DNA from: Paraphysomonas bandaiensis
Taxonomy: Eukaryota > Protista > Chrysophyceae
Length of the DNA stretch: 46,417 bases
Direction of reading: 5' to 3'
Assembly: GCA_965644295.1 (NCBI GenBank)
Contig: CBFFRP010000506.1
Coordinates: 1-46,417 of the forward strand
The position numbers and the translations under genes are program-made. The notes beneath the pieces were generated by a model. The model was not told the origin of the DNA. It made no database searches and saw nothing but the letters and a program-made list of their open reading frames with translations. Shown piece by piece: positions 7,428 through 22,400 of the stretch (its first letter is position 1; each line of letters starts with the position of its first letter).

Positions 7428-10400
7428 ATGAGATTATCTCATATATTTAGTAGTAATCGTAATCGAGCATTATGGCTATCATTAGTGTACATTACTTTTC
7501 AATATCTAACCATAATAATAATGTGTGATGACAGTATTAGTCCAACTACTGGAAAAGACTTTAATCAACTACCTCCACTGCCCGTAGAAGATATCACTGG
7601 CTATCGTGAATTTATTGAAAGAATACTATCATATCATCCTCCAACAAGTGAGGCCACTGTGCAGCCTGATGTAAGAGCTACTGAACGCACTATTTGGCGA
7701 ACCACAAAGACACCCTCTGCACCATATGGACAACCAACGGTGGAACATCCGAAGGAATTCACTCATATAAGGGTCACTCCATATAGCACCATGCGCACAT
7801 TCCATGAGCCCTCTTCACAACCAACGTGGCAACCCTCTGCACTGCCAAGTAGTCAACCATCTAGTCTTCCATCATTGAGCCCAGCAACCTCCGTTCCAAC
7901 ACAGCTGGGAGATACCAATTCCCCAACTATGTCACCAACAAAGCGCCCAACATCCACACCATCAGTTGCACCTTCTTTTCAACCATCATCGAGTCCCACC
8001 ATGATACCGTTAGACCCTCCAGACTTCAGTAGCTGTTTGTTTTCACCTGATGGAGTAGTTGTGGTCATACAGTTAACTGACAGTTCCAACAGTGCTGGGC
8101 TCGGAAGTGAATTTACCTGCTCACGTTTATTGAAGTTTACTGGTGACTCGGAGGCGAAATGTAGATGGAAAACCAGGGCATCAGCTCTTTGGGTGTATCC
8201 ATCCGCACTCTATCCTTTGGATGTTGGAGACAATGTGACCCTAAGGGAAGGTACTCTTCGCGCTCTCTGTCCCGTTACAGCATCAGCATCGGAGTGTTCG
8301 CAATGGGAAACATCAGCCTCACAATCGTGTATCATACGCGCACCAGATAATCCAGTTACTCCTGTGGTGACTATATCTGCCCCAACTACTATCGGAGTTT
8401 GTGATGATTTTATTTTGGATCTAGCTGGTTCATATGGTTCTGGTGGAAGGGATTGGATATCAGTTACTATAGACGCATTTTACATGTCCGGGGTGTTGCG
8501 TTATCATGAGAATGCAGTCAATATAACATCCTTCTATTTCACTTCGTATAAGCTGAGTCCACCAACAGGACTACCAAGTGCTTTTCTTCAAGCTAATACC
8601 ACGTATTTATTTGACGTCACGTTATGTAATTTTTTAGGAAAGTGTGGTACTCACAGTCATGAGTTGCTTGTTGAGAGTGTTGCTGTTCCTGTAGTTTCGA
8701 TCACGGGGCCTAGCAAAAGAAATATTCACTCTAAATACCCCTTAAGCTTGTCTTCCAATGCATATATATCACAATGTGGAGGAGGAATATCACAGTCTCG
8801 GTTGAGCTACCAATGGACTGTATCAAAGTTTGGTGTGACTGACAGTGGCCTGAAAAATATCCACTTGGATCCTACGAAATTTAAAGTACCTGGGTATTCA
8901 CTTCGTGTGGGTACGACATACACTGTAACCTTACGCGTTTTATATGAGCTATCGAAAATGTCGTCAACAGCGTCTGTTGTTGTCACTATACTTCCCTCAA
9001 ATGTCGTGGCATTGATTAGTGGGGGGTCCGTTCAGACCGTGAGATTTGGTGATACACTAGTAATCGACGGATCAGAGAGTTATGATGAAGATGTACGTGA
9101 TTTTCGAGGTGCGGGTGCTGGCTTGACATTCTTGTGGAGCTGTTCTGGATTCGATGTTGGATGCAAAGTTAACATCACGTCGAGTTTGTCAGCTGAATCA
9201 TTAACCTTGGTTGCTGATTCAGATACATTTATTGGCTCTGTATCTACAATAACTCTCACGGTCTATGGTAATGCCAACCGAACAGCGTCTGTTACCACGA
9301 CTGTAACTGTTCTACCAGCGCTCTCACCAAAAGTGACTCTTGACGCCTTGGCTTCGACAATCCGATACGAGGATAGAGTAAAGGTACAAGGTGTTGTTGA
9401 CTCTCCAATTACTGTGACTGGGACATGGTCTGTTAATGACAGTACTATAGATTTAGCGTCAGTGTCACTCACGCCAGTTAGCACGTCCTTCACACCCGGT
9501 GTGGTTTCCATATTTAATCTTGTTGTCGGGGGCAGTTCATTGTATGTTGGGTCGTCCTTTACGTTTACACTAACTGTTGGCACTGTCGTGACATCTGTGG
9601 ATGTCGTCGTTGTAGGCCCACCAGTTCCAGGTATATTTAAAGTAGATCCAATTGCCGGGTATGAGTTGCAAGATATTTTCTCAATGTCCACTTCGAATTG
9701 GTTTGATACAGAATTGCCTCTAACCTATTCCTTTGGTTATGTTTCTCTCAGTGGTACTTTTTCGACTGTACATACACGAAGTGAGTTGTCCTATATATCA
9801 ACGATACTTCCAGCTGGCCCTGAAAAGCTTGATAGAAAGGTGGTGTGTCGGGTAGTTGGGTATAATGTGTTGGATGCTATGGCGGACTTAAATTTTGACG
9901 TTGTTGTTGAGCTTAATACCGTGGTGGAGGTGGGTTCAACCATAGACAGTTTGTTGAATACCAGCTTGGACAGTGCGGATTCTACTTGGCGTGTTCTAAA
10001 CGTTGGAACCAGTGTAGTCAACAAAGTGAACTGTACGACATCTATAAATTGTTCAGATGTGTTTCGGGAGGAGTGTTCGACAGTTAGTTTTACGTGTGGG
10101 GAGTGTGTTGCCGGATACTTTGGTGAGAGTGGACATGCCAATTCCAAATGTTATTCAGAATCTACTGAAAACATCGCAGAAAATTTACATCCTGATGGAA
10201 GCTGTACTACTGAGTCAGAATGTGGAGCATACCAGATTTGCAGTAATGGCTGGTGTATATACCCTCCGAAGACGTGCATTAGTGGTTGTTCCGAAAGAGG
10301 AACATGTGTTGCAGAACACATAGCTACTGGTGTTTTTATTGACAGTTGCTTGGTGCACGATACATCTTGTCGGGTGGTATGTGTATGCAACAGCGGTTAC

Positions 10401-13400
10401 TCAGGAAGTACATGTGGTATAAGTGCGGCTGAAGTGGAAATTAAGCAACGTGCGAGGTTAGCTTTGATTCAAACGGCTGAATCCGGTGTGCAGCTTCGGG
10501 ACGACACTGAAGATGGACTCGAGTCAACTGTTTCCCTTCTAACAGAACTGGCGTCGAATCCTACGGAGCTTACCGCCGAATCCTGTATAATTCTTCAGCG
10601 TGTGATTGAGAAAACATTACATGCAGCAGATGAGCTAGGCGTATCATACGAAAGAATTGAAGGTTTGTATGGTGCAATCGATACGTGTGCAGTAGTATCC
10701 TCATCCACAGTTACGGTAGACATTCCAAGTCGCCGTCTTTCCGTGACCAGCTCAGCTGCATTCAATATTCAGTCAGGAACTATACAGCCAACAGGAGAGC
10801 CTACATGTATACCATCTGGACAACCTTCCGGTGTTCCATCTGCACAGCCTACTGGTCAACCGTCTGGCACACCATCAGGGCAGCCTACTGGTCAACCGTC
10901 TGGCGTACCATCAGGACATCCTTCCGGTGTACCATCTGGACAACCAACTGGGGCACCATCGGGGCAACCTACTGGTCAACCGTCTGGCATACCATCAGGA
11001 CAACCAAGTGGGTTACCATCAGGACAACCTACTGGTCAGCCGTCTGGCATACCATCAGGACAACCAAGTGGGTTACCATCAGGACAGCCTACTAGTATAC
11101 CATCAGGACAACCAAGTGGGTTACCATCAGGGCAACCTACTGGTCTACCGTCTGGCATACCATCAGGGCAGCCTACTAGTATACCATCAGGACAACCTTC
11201 CGGTGTACCATCTGGACAGCCTTCAGGTCAACCGACTTGTATACCGTCGGGGCAACCTTTTTGTCTATCGGCTGAACCATCTGGACAACCAACTGGGGCA
11301 CCATCGGGGCAACCTACTGGTCAACCGTCTGGCATACCATCAGGACAACCAAGTGGGTTACCATCAGGACAACCTACTGGTCAACCGTCTGGCATACCAT
11401 CAGGACAACCTTCCGGTGTACCATCAGGACAGCCTACTAGTATACCATCCGGACATCCAAGTGGGGCACCATCTGGACAGCCTACTGGTCAACCGTTTGG
11501 CATACCATCAGGGCAGCCTACTAGTATACCATCAGGACAACCTTCCGGTGTACCATCTGGACAGCCTTCAGGTCAACCGACTTGTATACCGTCGGGGCAA
11601 CCTATTTGTCTATCGGCTGAACCATCTGGACAACCAACTGGGGTACCATCGGGGCAACCTACTGGTCAACCGTCTGGCATACCATCAGGACAACCAAGTG
11701 GGGCACCATCGGGGCAACCTACTGGTCAACCGTCTGGCATACCATCAGGACAACCTTCCGGTGTACCATCAGGGCAGCCTACTGGTATACCATCAGGACA
11801 ACCAAGTGGGTTACCATCTGGACAGCCTACTGGTCAACCGTTTGGCATACCATCAGGGCAGCCTACTAGTATACCATCAGGACAACCTTCCGGTGTACCA
11901 TCTGGACAGCCTTCAGGTCAACCGACTTGTATACCGTCGGGGCAACCTATTTGTCTATCGGCTGAACCATCTGGACAACCAACTGGGGTACCATCGGGGC
12001 AACCTACTGGTCAACCGTCTGGCATACCATCAGGACAACCAAGTGGGGCACCATCGGGGCAACCTACTGGTCAACCGTCTGGCATACCATCAGGACAACC
12101 TTCCGGTGTACCATCAGGGCAGCCTACTAGTATACCATCAGGACAGCCTACTAGTATACCATCAGGACAACCAAGTGGGTTACCATCAGTGCAACCTACT
12201 GGTCTACCGTCTGGCATACCATCAGGGCAGCCTACTAGTATACCATCAGGACAACCTTCCGGTGTACCATCTGGACAGCCTTCAGGTCAACCGACTTGTA
12301 TACCGTCGGGGCAACCTTTTTGTCTATCGGCTGAACCATCTGGACAACCAACTGGGGCACCATCAGGACAACCTACTGGTCAACCGTCTGGCATACCATC
12401 AGGACAACCAAGTGGGTTACCCTCAGGACAGCCTACTAGTATACCATCAGGACAACCTTCTGGTGTACCATCAGGACAACCTACTGGTCAACCGTTTGGC
12501 GTACCTTCTGGACAACCTTCCGGTGTACCATCAGGACAGCCTACTAGTATACCATCCGGACAACCTTCCGGTGTACCATCTGGACAGCCTACTGGTCAAC
12601 CGTCTGGCATACCATCAGGACAACCTTCCGGTGTACCATCTGGACAGCCTTCAGGTCAACCGACTTGTATACCGTCGGGGCAACCTATTTGTCTATCGGC
12701 TGAACCATCTGGACAACCAACTGGGGCACCATCGGGGCAACGTACTGGTCAACCGTCTGGCATACCATCAGGACAACCAAGTGGGTTACCCTCAGGACAG
12801 CCTACTAGTATACCATCAGGACAACCTACTGGTCAACCGTTTGGCGTACCTTCTGGACAACCTTCCGGTGTACCATCAGGACAGCCTACTAGTATACCAT
12901 CCGGACATCCAAGTGGGGTACCATCTGGACAGCCTACTGGTCAACCGTCTGGCATACCATCAGGACAACCTTCCGGTGTACCATCTGGACAGCCTTCAGG
13001 TCAACCGACTTGTATACCGTCGGGGCAACCTATTTGTCTATCGGCTGAACCATCTGGACAACCAACTGGGGCACCATCGGGGCAACCTACTGGTCAACCT
13101 TCTGGCATACCATCAGGACAACCAAGTGGGTTACCATCAGGACAACCTACTGGTCAACCGTTTGGCATACCATCTGGACAACCTTCCGGTGTACCATCAG
13201 GACAGCCTACTAGTATACCATCCGGACATCCAAGTGGGGCACCATCTGGACAGCCTACTGGTCAACCGTCTGGCATACCATCAGGGCAGCCTACTTGTAT
13301 ACCATCAGGACAACCTTCCGGTGTACCATCAGGGCAGCCTACTGGTATACCATCAGGACAACCTTCCGGTGTACCATCTGGACAGCCTTCAGGTCAACCG

Positions 13401-16400
13401 ACTTGTATACCATCAGGACAACCAAGTGGGTTACCATCAGTGCAACCTACTGGTCAACCGTCTGGCATACCATCAGGACAACCAAGTGGGTTACCATCAG
13501 GACAGCCTACTAGTATACCATCAGGACAACCTTCTGGTGTACCATCAGGACAACCTACTGGTCAACCGTTTGGCGTACCTTCTGGACAACCTTCCGGTGT
13601 ACCATCAGGACAGCCTACTAGTATACCATCCGGACATCCAAGTGGGGTACCATCTGGACAGCCTACTGGTCAACCGTCTGGCATACCATCAGGACAACCT
13701 TCCGGTGTACCATCTGGACAGCCTTCAGGTCAACCGACTTGTATACCGTCGGGGCAACCTATTTGTCTATCGGCTGAACCATCTGGACAACCAACTGGGG
13801 CACCATCGGGGCAACCTACTGGTCAACCGTCTGGCATACCATCAGGACAACCAAGTGGGTTACCATCAGGACAGCCTACTAGTATACCATCAGGACAACC
13901 TTCTGGTGTACCATCAGGACAACCTACTGGTCAACCGTTTGGCGTACCTTCTGGACAACCTTCCGGTGTACCATCAGGACAGCCTACTAGTATACCATCC
14001 GGACATCCAAGTGGGGTACCATCTGGACAGCCTACTGGTCAACCGTCTGGCATACCATCAGGACAACCTTCCGGTGTACCATCTGGACAGCCTTCAGGTC
14101 AACCGACTTGTATACCGTCGGGGCAACCTTTTTGTCTATCGGCTGAACCATCTGGACAACCAACTGGGGCACCATCGGGGCAACCTACTGGTCAACCGTC
14201 TGGCATACCATCAGGACAACCAAGTGGGTTACCCTCAGGACAGCCTACTAGTATACCATCAGGACAACCTTCTGGTGTACCATCAGGACAACCTACTGGT
14301 CAACCGTTTGGCGTACCTTCTGGACAACCTTCCGGTGTACCATCAGGACAGCCTACTAGTATACCATCCGGACATCCAAGTGGGGTACCATCTGGACAGC
14401 CTACTGGTCAACCGTCTGGCATACCATCAGGACAACCTTCCGGTGTACCATCTGGACAGCCTACTGGTCAACCGTCTGGCATACCATCAGGACAACCTTC
14501 CGGTGTACCATCTGGACAGCCTACTGGTCAACCATCTTGCATACCATCAGGACATCCAAGTGGGTTACCATCAGTGCAACCTACTGGTCAACCGTCTGGC
14601 ATACCATCAGGGCAGCCTACTTGTATACCATCAGGACAACCTTCCGGTGTACCATCTGGACAACCTTCTGGTGTACCATCAGGACAACCTACTGGTCAAC
14701 CGTTTGGCGTACCTTCTGGACAACCTTCCGGTGTACCATCAGGACAGCCTACTAGTATACCATCCGGACATCCAAGTGGGGTACCATCTGGACAGGCTAC
14801 TGGTCAACCGTCTGGCATACCATCAGGACAACCTTCCGGTGTACCATCTGGACAGCCTTCAGGTCAACCGACTTGTATACCGTCGGGGCAACCTATTTGT
14901 CTATCGGCTGAACCATCTGGACAACCAACTGGGGCACCATCGGGGCAACCTACTGGTCAACCGTCTGGCATACCATCAGGACAACCAAGTGGGTTACCAT
15001 CAGGACAGCCTACTAGTATACCATCAGGACAACCTTCTGGTGTACCATCAGGACAACCTACTAGTATACCATCCGGACATCCAAGTGGGGTACCATCTGG
15101 ACAACCTACTGGTCAACCGTCTGGCATACCATCAGGACAACCTTCCGGTGTACCATCTGGACAGCCTACTGGTCAACCGTCTGGCATACCATCAGGACAA
15201 CCTTCCGGTGTACCATCTGGACAGCCTTCAGGTCAACCGACTTGTATACCGTCGGGGCAACCTATTTGTCTATCGGCTGAACCATCTGGACAACCAACTG
15301 GGGCACCATCGGGGCAACCTACTGGTCAACCGTCTGGCATACCATCAGGACAACCAAGTGGGTTACCATCAGGACAGCCTACTAGTATACCATCAGGACA
15401 ACCTTCTGGTGTACCATCAGGACAACCTACAGGTCAACCGTTTGGCGTACCTTCTGGTCAACCTTCCGGTGTACCATCAGGACAGCCTACTAGTATACCA
15501 TCCGGACATCCAAGTGGGGTACCATCTGGACAGCCTACTGGTCAACCGTCTGGCATACCATCAGGACAACCTTCCGGTGTACCATCTGGACAGCCTTCAG
15601 GTCAACCGACTTGTATACCGTCGGGGCAACCTTTTTGTCTATCGGCTGAACCATCTGGACAACCAACTGGGGCACCATCGGGGCAACCTACTGGTCAACC
15701 GTCTGGCATACCATCAGGACAACCAAGTGGGTTACCCTCAGGACAGCCTACTAGTATACCATCAGGACAACCTTCTGGTGTACCATCCGGACAACCTACT
15801 GGTCAACCGTTTGGCGTACCTTCTGGACAACCTTCCGGTGTACCATCAGGACAGCCTACTAGTATACCATCCGGACATCCAAGTGGGGTACCATCTGGAC
15901 AGCCTACTGGTCAACCGTCTGGCATACCATCAGGACAACCTTCCGGTGTACCATCTGGACAGCCTACTGGTCAACCGTCTGGGTTACCATCAGGACAATC
16001 TTCCGGTGTACCATCTGGACAGCCTACTGGTCGACCATCTTGCATACCATCAGGACATCCAAGTGGGTTACCATCAGTGCAACCTACTGGTCAACCGTCT
16101 GGCATACCATCAGGGCAGCCTACTTGTATACCATCAGGACAACCTTCCGGTGTACCATCTGGACAGCCTTCTGGTCAACCGACTTGTATACCGTCGGGGC
16201 AACCTATATGTCTATCGGCTGAACCATCTGGACAACCAACTGGGGCACCATCGGGGCAACCTACTGGTCAACCGTCTGGCATACCATCAGGACAACCAAG
16301 TGGGTTACCATCAGGACAGCCTACTAGTATACCATCAGGACAACCTTCTGGTGTACCATCAGGACAACCTACTGGTCTACCGTCTGGCATACCATCAGGA

Positions 16401-19400
16401 CATCCAAGTGGGTTACCATCAGGACAGCCTACTAGTATACCATCCGGACATCCAAGTGGGGCACCATCTGGACAGCCTACTGGTCAACCGTCTGGCATAC
16501 CATCAGGGCAGCCTACTTGTATACCATCAGGACAACCTTCCGGTGTACCATCTGGACAGCCTTCTGGTCAACCGACTTGTATACCGTCGGGGCAACCTAT
16601 ATGTCTATCGGCTGAACCATCTGGACAACCAACTGGGGCACCATCGGGGCAACCTACTAGTCAACCGTCTGGCATACCATCAGGACAACCAAGTGGGTTA
16701 CCATCAGGGCAGCCTACTAGTGTACCATCAGGACAACCAAGTGGGTTACCATCAGGGCAACCTACTGGTCTACCGTCTGGCATACCATCAGGGCAGCCTA
16801 CTAGTATACCATCAGGACAACCTTCCGGTGTACCATCTGGACAGCCTTCAGGTCAACCGACTTGTATACCGTCGGGGCAACCTATTTGTCTATCGGCTGA
16901 ACCATCTGGACAACCAACTGGGGCACCATCAGGACAGCCTACTGGTATACCATCAGGACAACCTTCTGGTGTACCATCAGGACAACCAAGTGGGGCACCA
17001 TCGGGGCAACCTACTAGTCAACCGTCTGGCATACCATCAGGACAACCAAGTGGGTTACCATCAGGACAGCCTACTAGTATACCATCAGGACAACCAAGTG
17101 GGTTACCATCAGTGCAACCTACTGGTCTACCGTCTGGCATACCATCAGGGCAGCCTACTAGTATACCATCAGGACAACCTTCCGGTGTACCATCTGGACA
17201 GCCTTCAGGTCAACCGACTTGTATACCGTCGGGGCAACCTTTTTGTCTATCGGCTGAACCATCTGGACAACCAACTGGGGCACCATCGGGGCAACCTACT
17301 AGTCAACCGTCTGGCATACCATCAGGACAACCAAGTGGGTTACCATCAGGACAGCCTACTAGTGTACCATCAGGACAACCAAGTGGGTTACCATCAGGGC
17401 AACCTACTGGTCTACCGTCTGGCATACCATCAGGGCAGCCTACTAGTATACCATCAGGACAACCTTCCGGTGTACCATCTGGACAGCCTTCAGGTCAACC
17501 GACTTGTATACCGTCGGGGCAACCTATTTGTCTATCGGCTGAACCATCTGGACAACCAACTGGGGCACCATCAGGACAGCCTACTGGTATACCATCAGGA
17601 CAACCTTCTGGTGTACCATCAGGACAACCAAGTGGGGCACCATCAGGACAGCCTACTAGTATACCATCAGGACAACCTTCTGGTCAACCGTCTGGCATAC
17701 CATCAGGACAACCAAGTGGGTTACCATCAGGACAGCCTACTAGTATACCATCAGGGCAGCCTTCTGGTGTACCATCAGGACAACCTACTGGTCAACCGTT
17801 TGGCGTACCTTCTGGACAACCTTCCGGTGTACCATCAGGACAGCCTACTAGTATACCATCCGGACATCCAAGTGGGGTACCATCTGGACAGCCTACTGGT
17901 CAACCGTCTGGCATACCATCAGGACAACCTTCCGGTGTACCATCTGGACAGCCTTCAGGTCAACCGACTTGTATACCGTCGGGGCAACCTATTTGTCTAT
18001 CGGCTGAACCATCTGGACAACCAACTGGGGCACCATCGGGGCAACCTACTGGTCAACCGTCTGGCATACCATCAGGACAACCAAGTGGGTTACCATCAGG
18101 ACAGCCTACTAGTATACCATCAGGACAACCTTCTGGTGTACCATCAGGACAACCTACTGGTCAACCGTTTGGCGTACCTTCTGGACAACCTTCCGGTGTA
18201 CCATCAGGACAGCCTACTAGTATACCATCCGGACATCCAAGTGGGGTACCATCTGGACAGCCTACTGGTCAACCGTCTGGCATACCATCAGGACAACCTT
18301 CCGGTGTACCATCTGGACAGCCTTCAGGTCAACCGACTTGTATACCGTCGGGGCAACCTTTTTGTCTATCGGCTGAACCATCTGGACAACCAACTGGGGC
18401 ACCATCGGGGCAACCTACTGGTCAACCGTCTGGCATACCATCAGGACAACCAAGTGGGTTACCATCAGGACAACCTACTGGTCAGCCGTCTGGCATACCA
18501 TCAGGACATCCTTCCGGTGTACCATCAGGACAGCCTACTAGTATACCATCAGGACAACCAAGTGGGGCACCATCAGGGCAACCTACTGGTCTACCGTCTG
18601 GCATACCATCAGGGCAGCCTACTAGTATACCATCAGGACAACCTTCCGGTGTACCATCTGGACAGCCTTCAGGTCAACCGACTTGTATACCGTCGGGGCA
18701 ACCTATTTGTCTATCGGCTGAACCATCTGGACAACCAACTGGGGTACCATCGGGGCAACCTACTGGTCAACCGTCTGGCATACCATCTGGACAGCCTACT
18801 AGTATACCATCCGGACAACCAAGTGGGGCACCATCCGGACAGCCTACTGGTCAACCGTCTGGCATACCATCAGGACAACCTTCCGGTGTACCATCTGGAC
18901 AGCATACTGGTCAACCGTCTGGCATACCATCAGGGCAGCCTACTAGTATACCATCAGGACAACCTTCCGGTGTACCATCTGGACAGCCTTCAGGTCAACC
19001 GACTTGTATACCTTCGGGGCAACCTATATGTCTATCGGCTGAACCATCTGGACAGCCAACAGGGGAACCATCGGGGCAACCTACTGGTCAACCGTCTGGC
19101 ATGCCATCAGGACAACCAAGTGGGTTACCATCAGGGCAGCCTACTGGTCAACCGTCTGGCATACCATTAGGACAACCTTCCGGTGTACCATCAGGGCAGC
19201 CTACTAGTATACCATCCGGACAACCAAGTGGGGCACCATCTGGACAACCTACTGGTCAACCGTCTGGCATACCATCAGGGCAGCCTACTAGTATACCATC
19301 AGGACAACCTTCCGGTGTACCATCTGGACAGCCTTCAGGTCAACCGACTTGTATACCGTCGGGGCAACCTTTTTGTCTATCGGCTGAACCATCTGGACAA

Positions 19401-22400
19401 CCAACTGGGGCACCATCGGGGCAACCTACTGGTCAACCGTCTGGCATACCATCAGGACAACCTTCCGGTGTACCATCAGGGCAGCCTACTGGTCAACCGT
19501 CTGGCATACCATCAGGACAACCTTCCGGTGTACCATCAGGACAGCCTACTAGTATACCATCAGGACAACCAAGTGGGGCACCATCTGGACAGCCTACTGG
19601 TCTACCGTCTGGCATACCATCAGGGCAGCCTACTAGTATACCATCAGGACAACCTTCCGGTGTACCATCAGGACAGCCTTCAGGTCAACCGACTTGTATA
19701 CCGTCGGGGCAACCTTTTTGTCTATCGGCTGAACCATCTGGACAACCAACTGGGGCACCATCGGGGCAACCTACTGGTCAACCGTCTGGCATACCATCAG
19801 GACAACCTTCCGGTGTACCATCAGGGCAGCCTACTGGTCAACCGTCTGGCATACCATCAGGGCAGCCTACTAGTATACCATCAGGACAACCTTCCGGTGT
19901 ACCATCTGGACAGCCTTCAGGTCAACCGACTTGTATACCGTCGGGGCAACCTTTTTGTCTATCGGCTGAACCATCTGGACAACCAACTGGGGCACCATCG
20001 GGGCAACCTACTGGTCAACCGTCTGGCATACCATCAGGACAACCTTCCGGTGTACCATCAGGGCAGCCTACTGGTCAACCGTCTGGCATACCATCAGGAC
20101 AACCTTCCGGTGTACCATCAGGACAGCCTACTAGTATACCATCAGGACAACCAAGTGGGGCACCATCTGGACAGCCTACTGGTCTACCGTCTGGCATACC
20201 ATCAGGGCAGCCTACTAGTATACCATCAGGACAACCTTCCGGTGTACCATCAGGACAGCCTTCAGGTCAACCGACTTGTATACCGTCGGGGCAACCTTTT
20301 TGTCTATCGGCTGAACCATCTGGACAACCAACTGGGGCACCATCGGGGCAACCTACTGGTCAACCGTCTGGCATACCATCAGGACAACCTTCCGGTGTAC
20401 CATCAGGGCAGCCTACTGGTCAACCGTCTGGCATACCATCAGGGCAGCCTACTAGTATACCATCAGGACAACCTTCCGGTGTACCATCTGGACAGCCTTC
20501 AGGTCAACCGACTTGTATACCGTCGGGGCAACCTTTTTGTCTATCGGCTGAACCATCTGGACAACCAACTGGGGCACCATCGGGGCAACCTACTGGTCAA
20601 CCGTCTGGCATACCATCAGGACAACCTTCCGGTGTACCATCAGGGCAGCCTACTGGTCAACCGTCTGGCATACCATCAGGGCAGCCTACTAGTATACCAT
20701 CAGGACAACCTTCCGGTGTACCATCTGGACAGCCTTCAGGTCTACCGACTTGTATACCGTCGGGGCAACCTTTTTGTCTATCGGCTGAACCATCTGGACA
20801 ACCAACTGGGGCACCATCGGGGCAACCTACTGGTCAACCATCTTGCATACCATCAGGACATCCAAGTGGGTTACCATCAGGGCAGCCTACTAGTATACCA
20901 TCAGGACAACCAAGTGGGGCACCATCTGGACAGCCTACTGGTCTACCGTCTGGCATACCATCAGGGCAGCCTACTGGTATACCATCAGGACAACCTTCCG
21001 GTGTACCATCTGGACAGCCTTCAGGTCAACCGTCTGGCATACCATCAGGACAGCCTACTAGTATACCATCAGGACAACCAAGTGGGTTACCATCAGGATA
21101 TCCTACGGTGCAACCGACCGGGACACCATCATGTCACCCTACTGGACAACCTTCCAGTGTACCGTCGGGACAACCATCTGGAACGCCATCTACGCAACCT
21201 AACAGTGAACCTACAGCTTTACCAAGTGGGAAGCCTTCGGGACATCCTACGGGTCAACCTTCATATCCACCGTCCGGTCAGCCAACTGGGACTCCATCTG
21301 TTCCTCCTAGCGGCGAACCTACAGTTGTTCCGTCTGGACAACCGAGTGGTGAACCCACAGCCGTTCCATCTGGACAACCAACAGGACAACCTTCCTGTGT
21401 ACCATCTGGCCAGCCGTCCAGCCAACCGTCAACAGAACCCAGCAGTGAGCCTACAGTTTTCCCATCAAGGCAACCGAGTGGTGAACCTACAGTCGTTCCA
21501 TCTGAACAACCCACCGGGCAGCCCACTTATATTCCATCGTGTCAGCCTTCAAGGCAACCTTCCAGTGTACCGTCAGGGCAACCAACGAGCCATCCGTCCT
21601 GCGGCCCTACCTCGCATCCGTCTGGACAACCATCTGGCGTTCCTACTAATATCCCCAGTGGTCAACCAAGCACTCGACCTAGTTGTGAGCCATCAGCTCA
21701 ACCAAGTGAAATGCCGTCTCAAATACCAACTGGAGAACCAACCTGTTTCCCTACAGGAAAGCCTTCACGACAGCCAACAAAACCACCGACTAGCTGTCCA
21801 TCTGAAATTCCAACTGGGCATCCTAGCACGACGCCGAGTGGCGAACCTAGTTTCAACCCCACATGTCATCCAACAGGAGATCCAACTTCACAACCAACAC
21901 GGCAACCCTCTGCACTGCCAAGTAGTCAACCATCTAGTCTTCCATCACTGAGCCCAGCAACCTCCGTTCCAACACAGCTGGGAGATACCAATTCCCCAAC
22001 TATGTCACCAACAAAGCGCCCAACATCCACACCATCAGTTGCACCTTCTTTTCAACCATCATCGAGTCCCACCATGATACCGTTAGACCCTCCAGACTTC
22101 AGTAGCTGTTTGTTTTCACCTGATGGAGTAGTTGTGGTCATACAGTTAACTGACAGTTCCAACAGTGCTGGGCTCGGAAGTGAATTTACCTGCTCACGTT
22201 TATTGAAGTTTACTGGTGACTCGGAGGCGAAATGTAGATGGAAAACCAGGGCATCAGCTCTTTGGGTGTATCCATCCGCACTCTATCCTTTGGATGTTGG
22301 AGACAATGTGACCCTAAGGGAAGGTACTCTTCGCGCTCTCTGTCCCGTTACAGCATCAGCATCGGAGTGTTCGCAATGGGAAACATCAGCCTCACAATCG

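Noticed and set aside
10786-21885. CRISPR-like or non-coding satellite interpretation of the array
   Set aside because: No unique spacers or cas genes. All unit variation preserves one reading frame continuous with the flanking protein domains.
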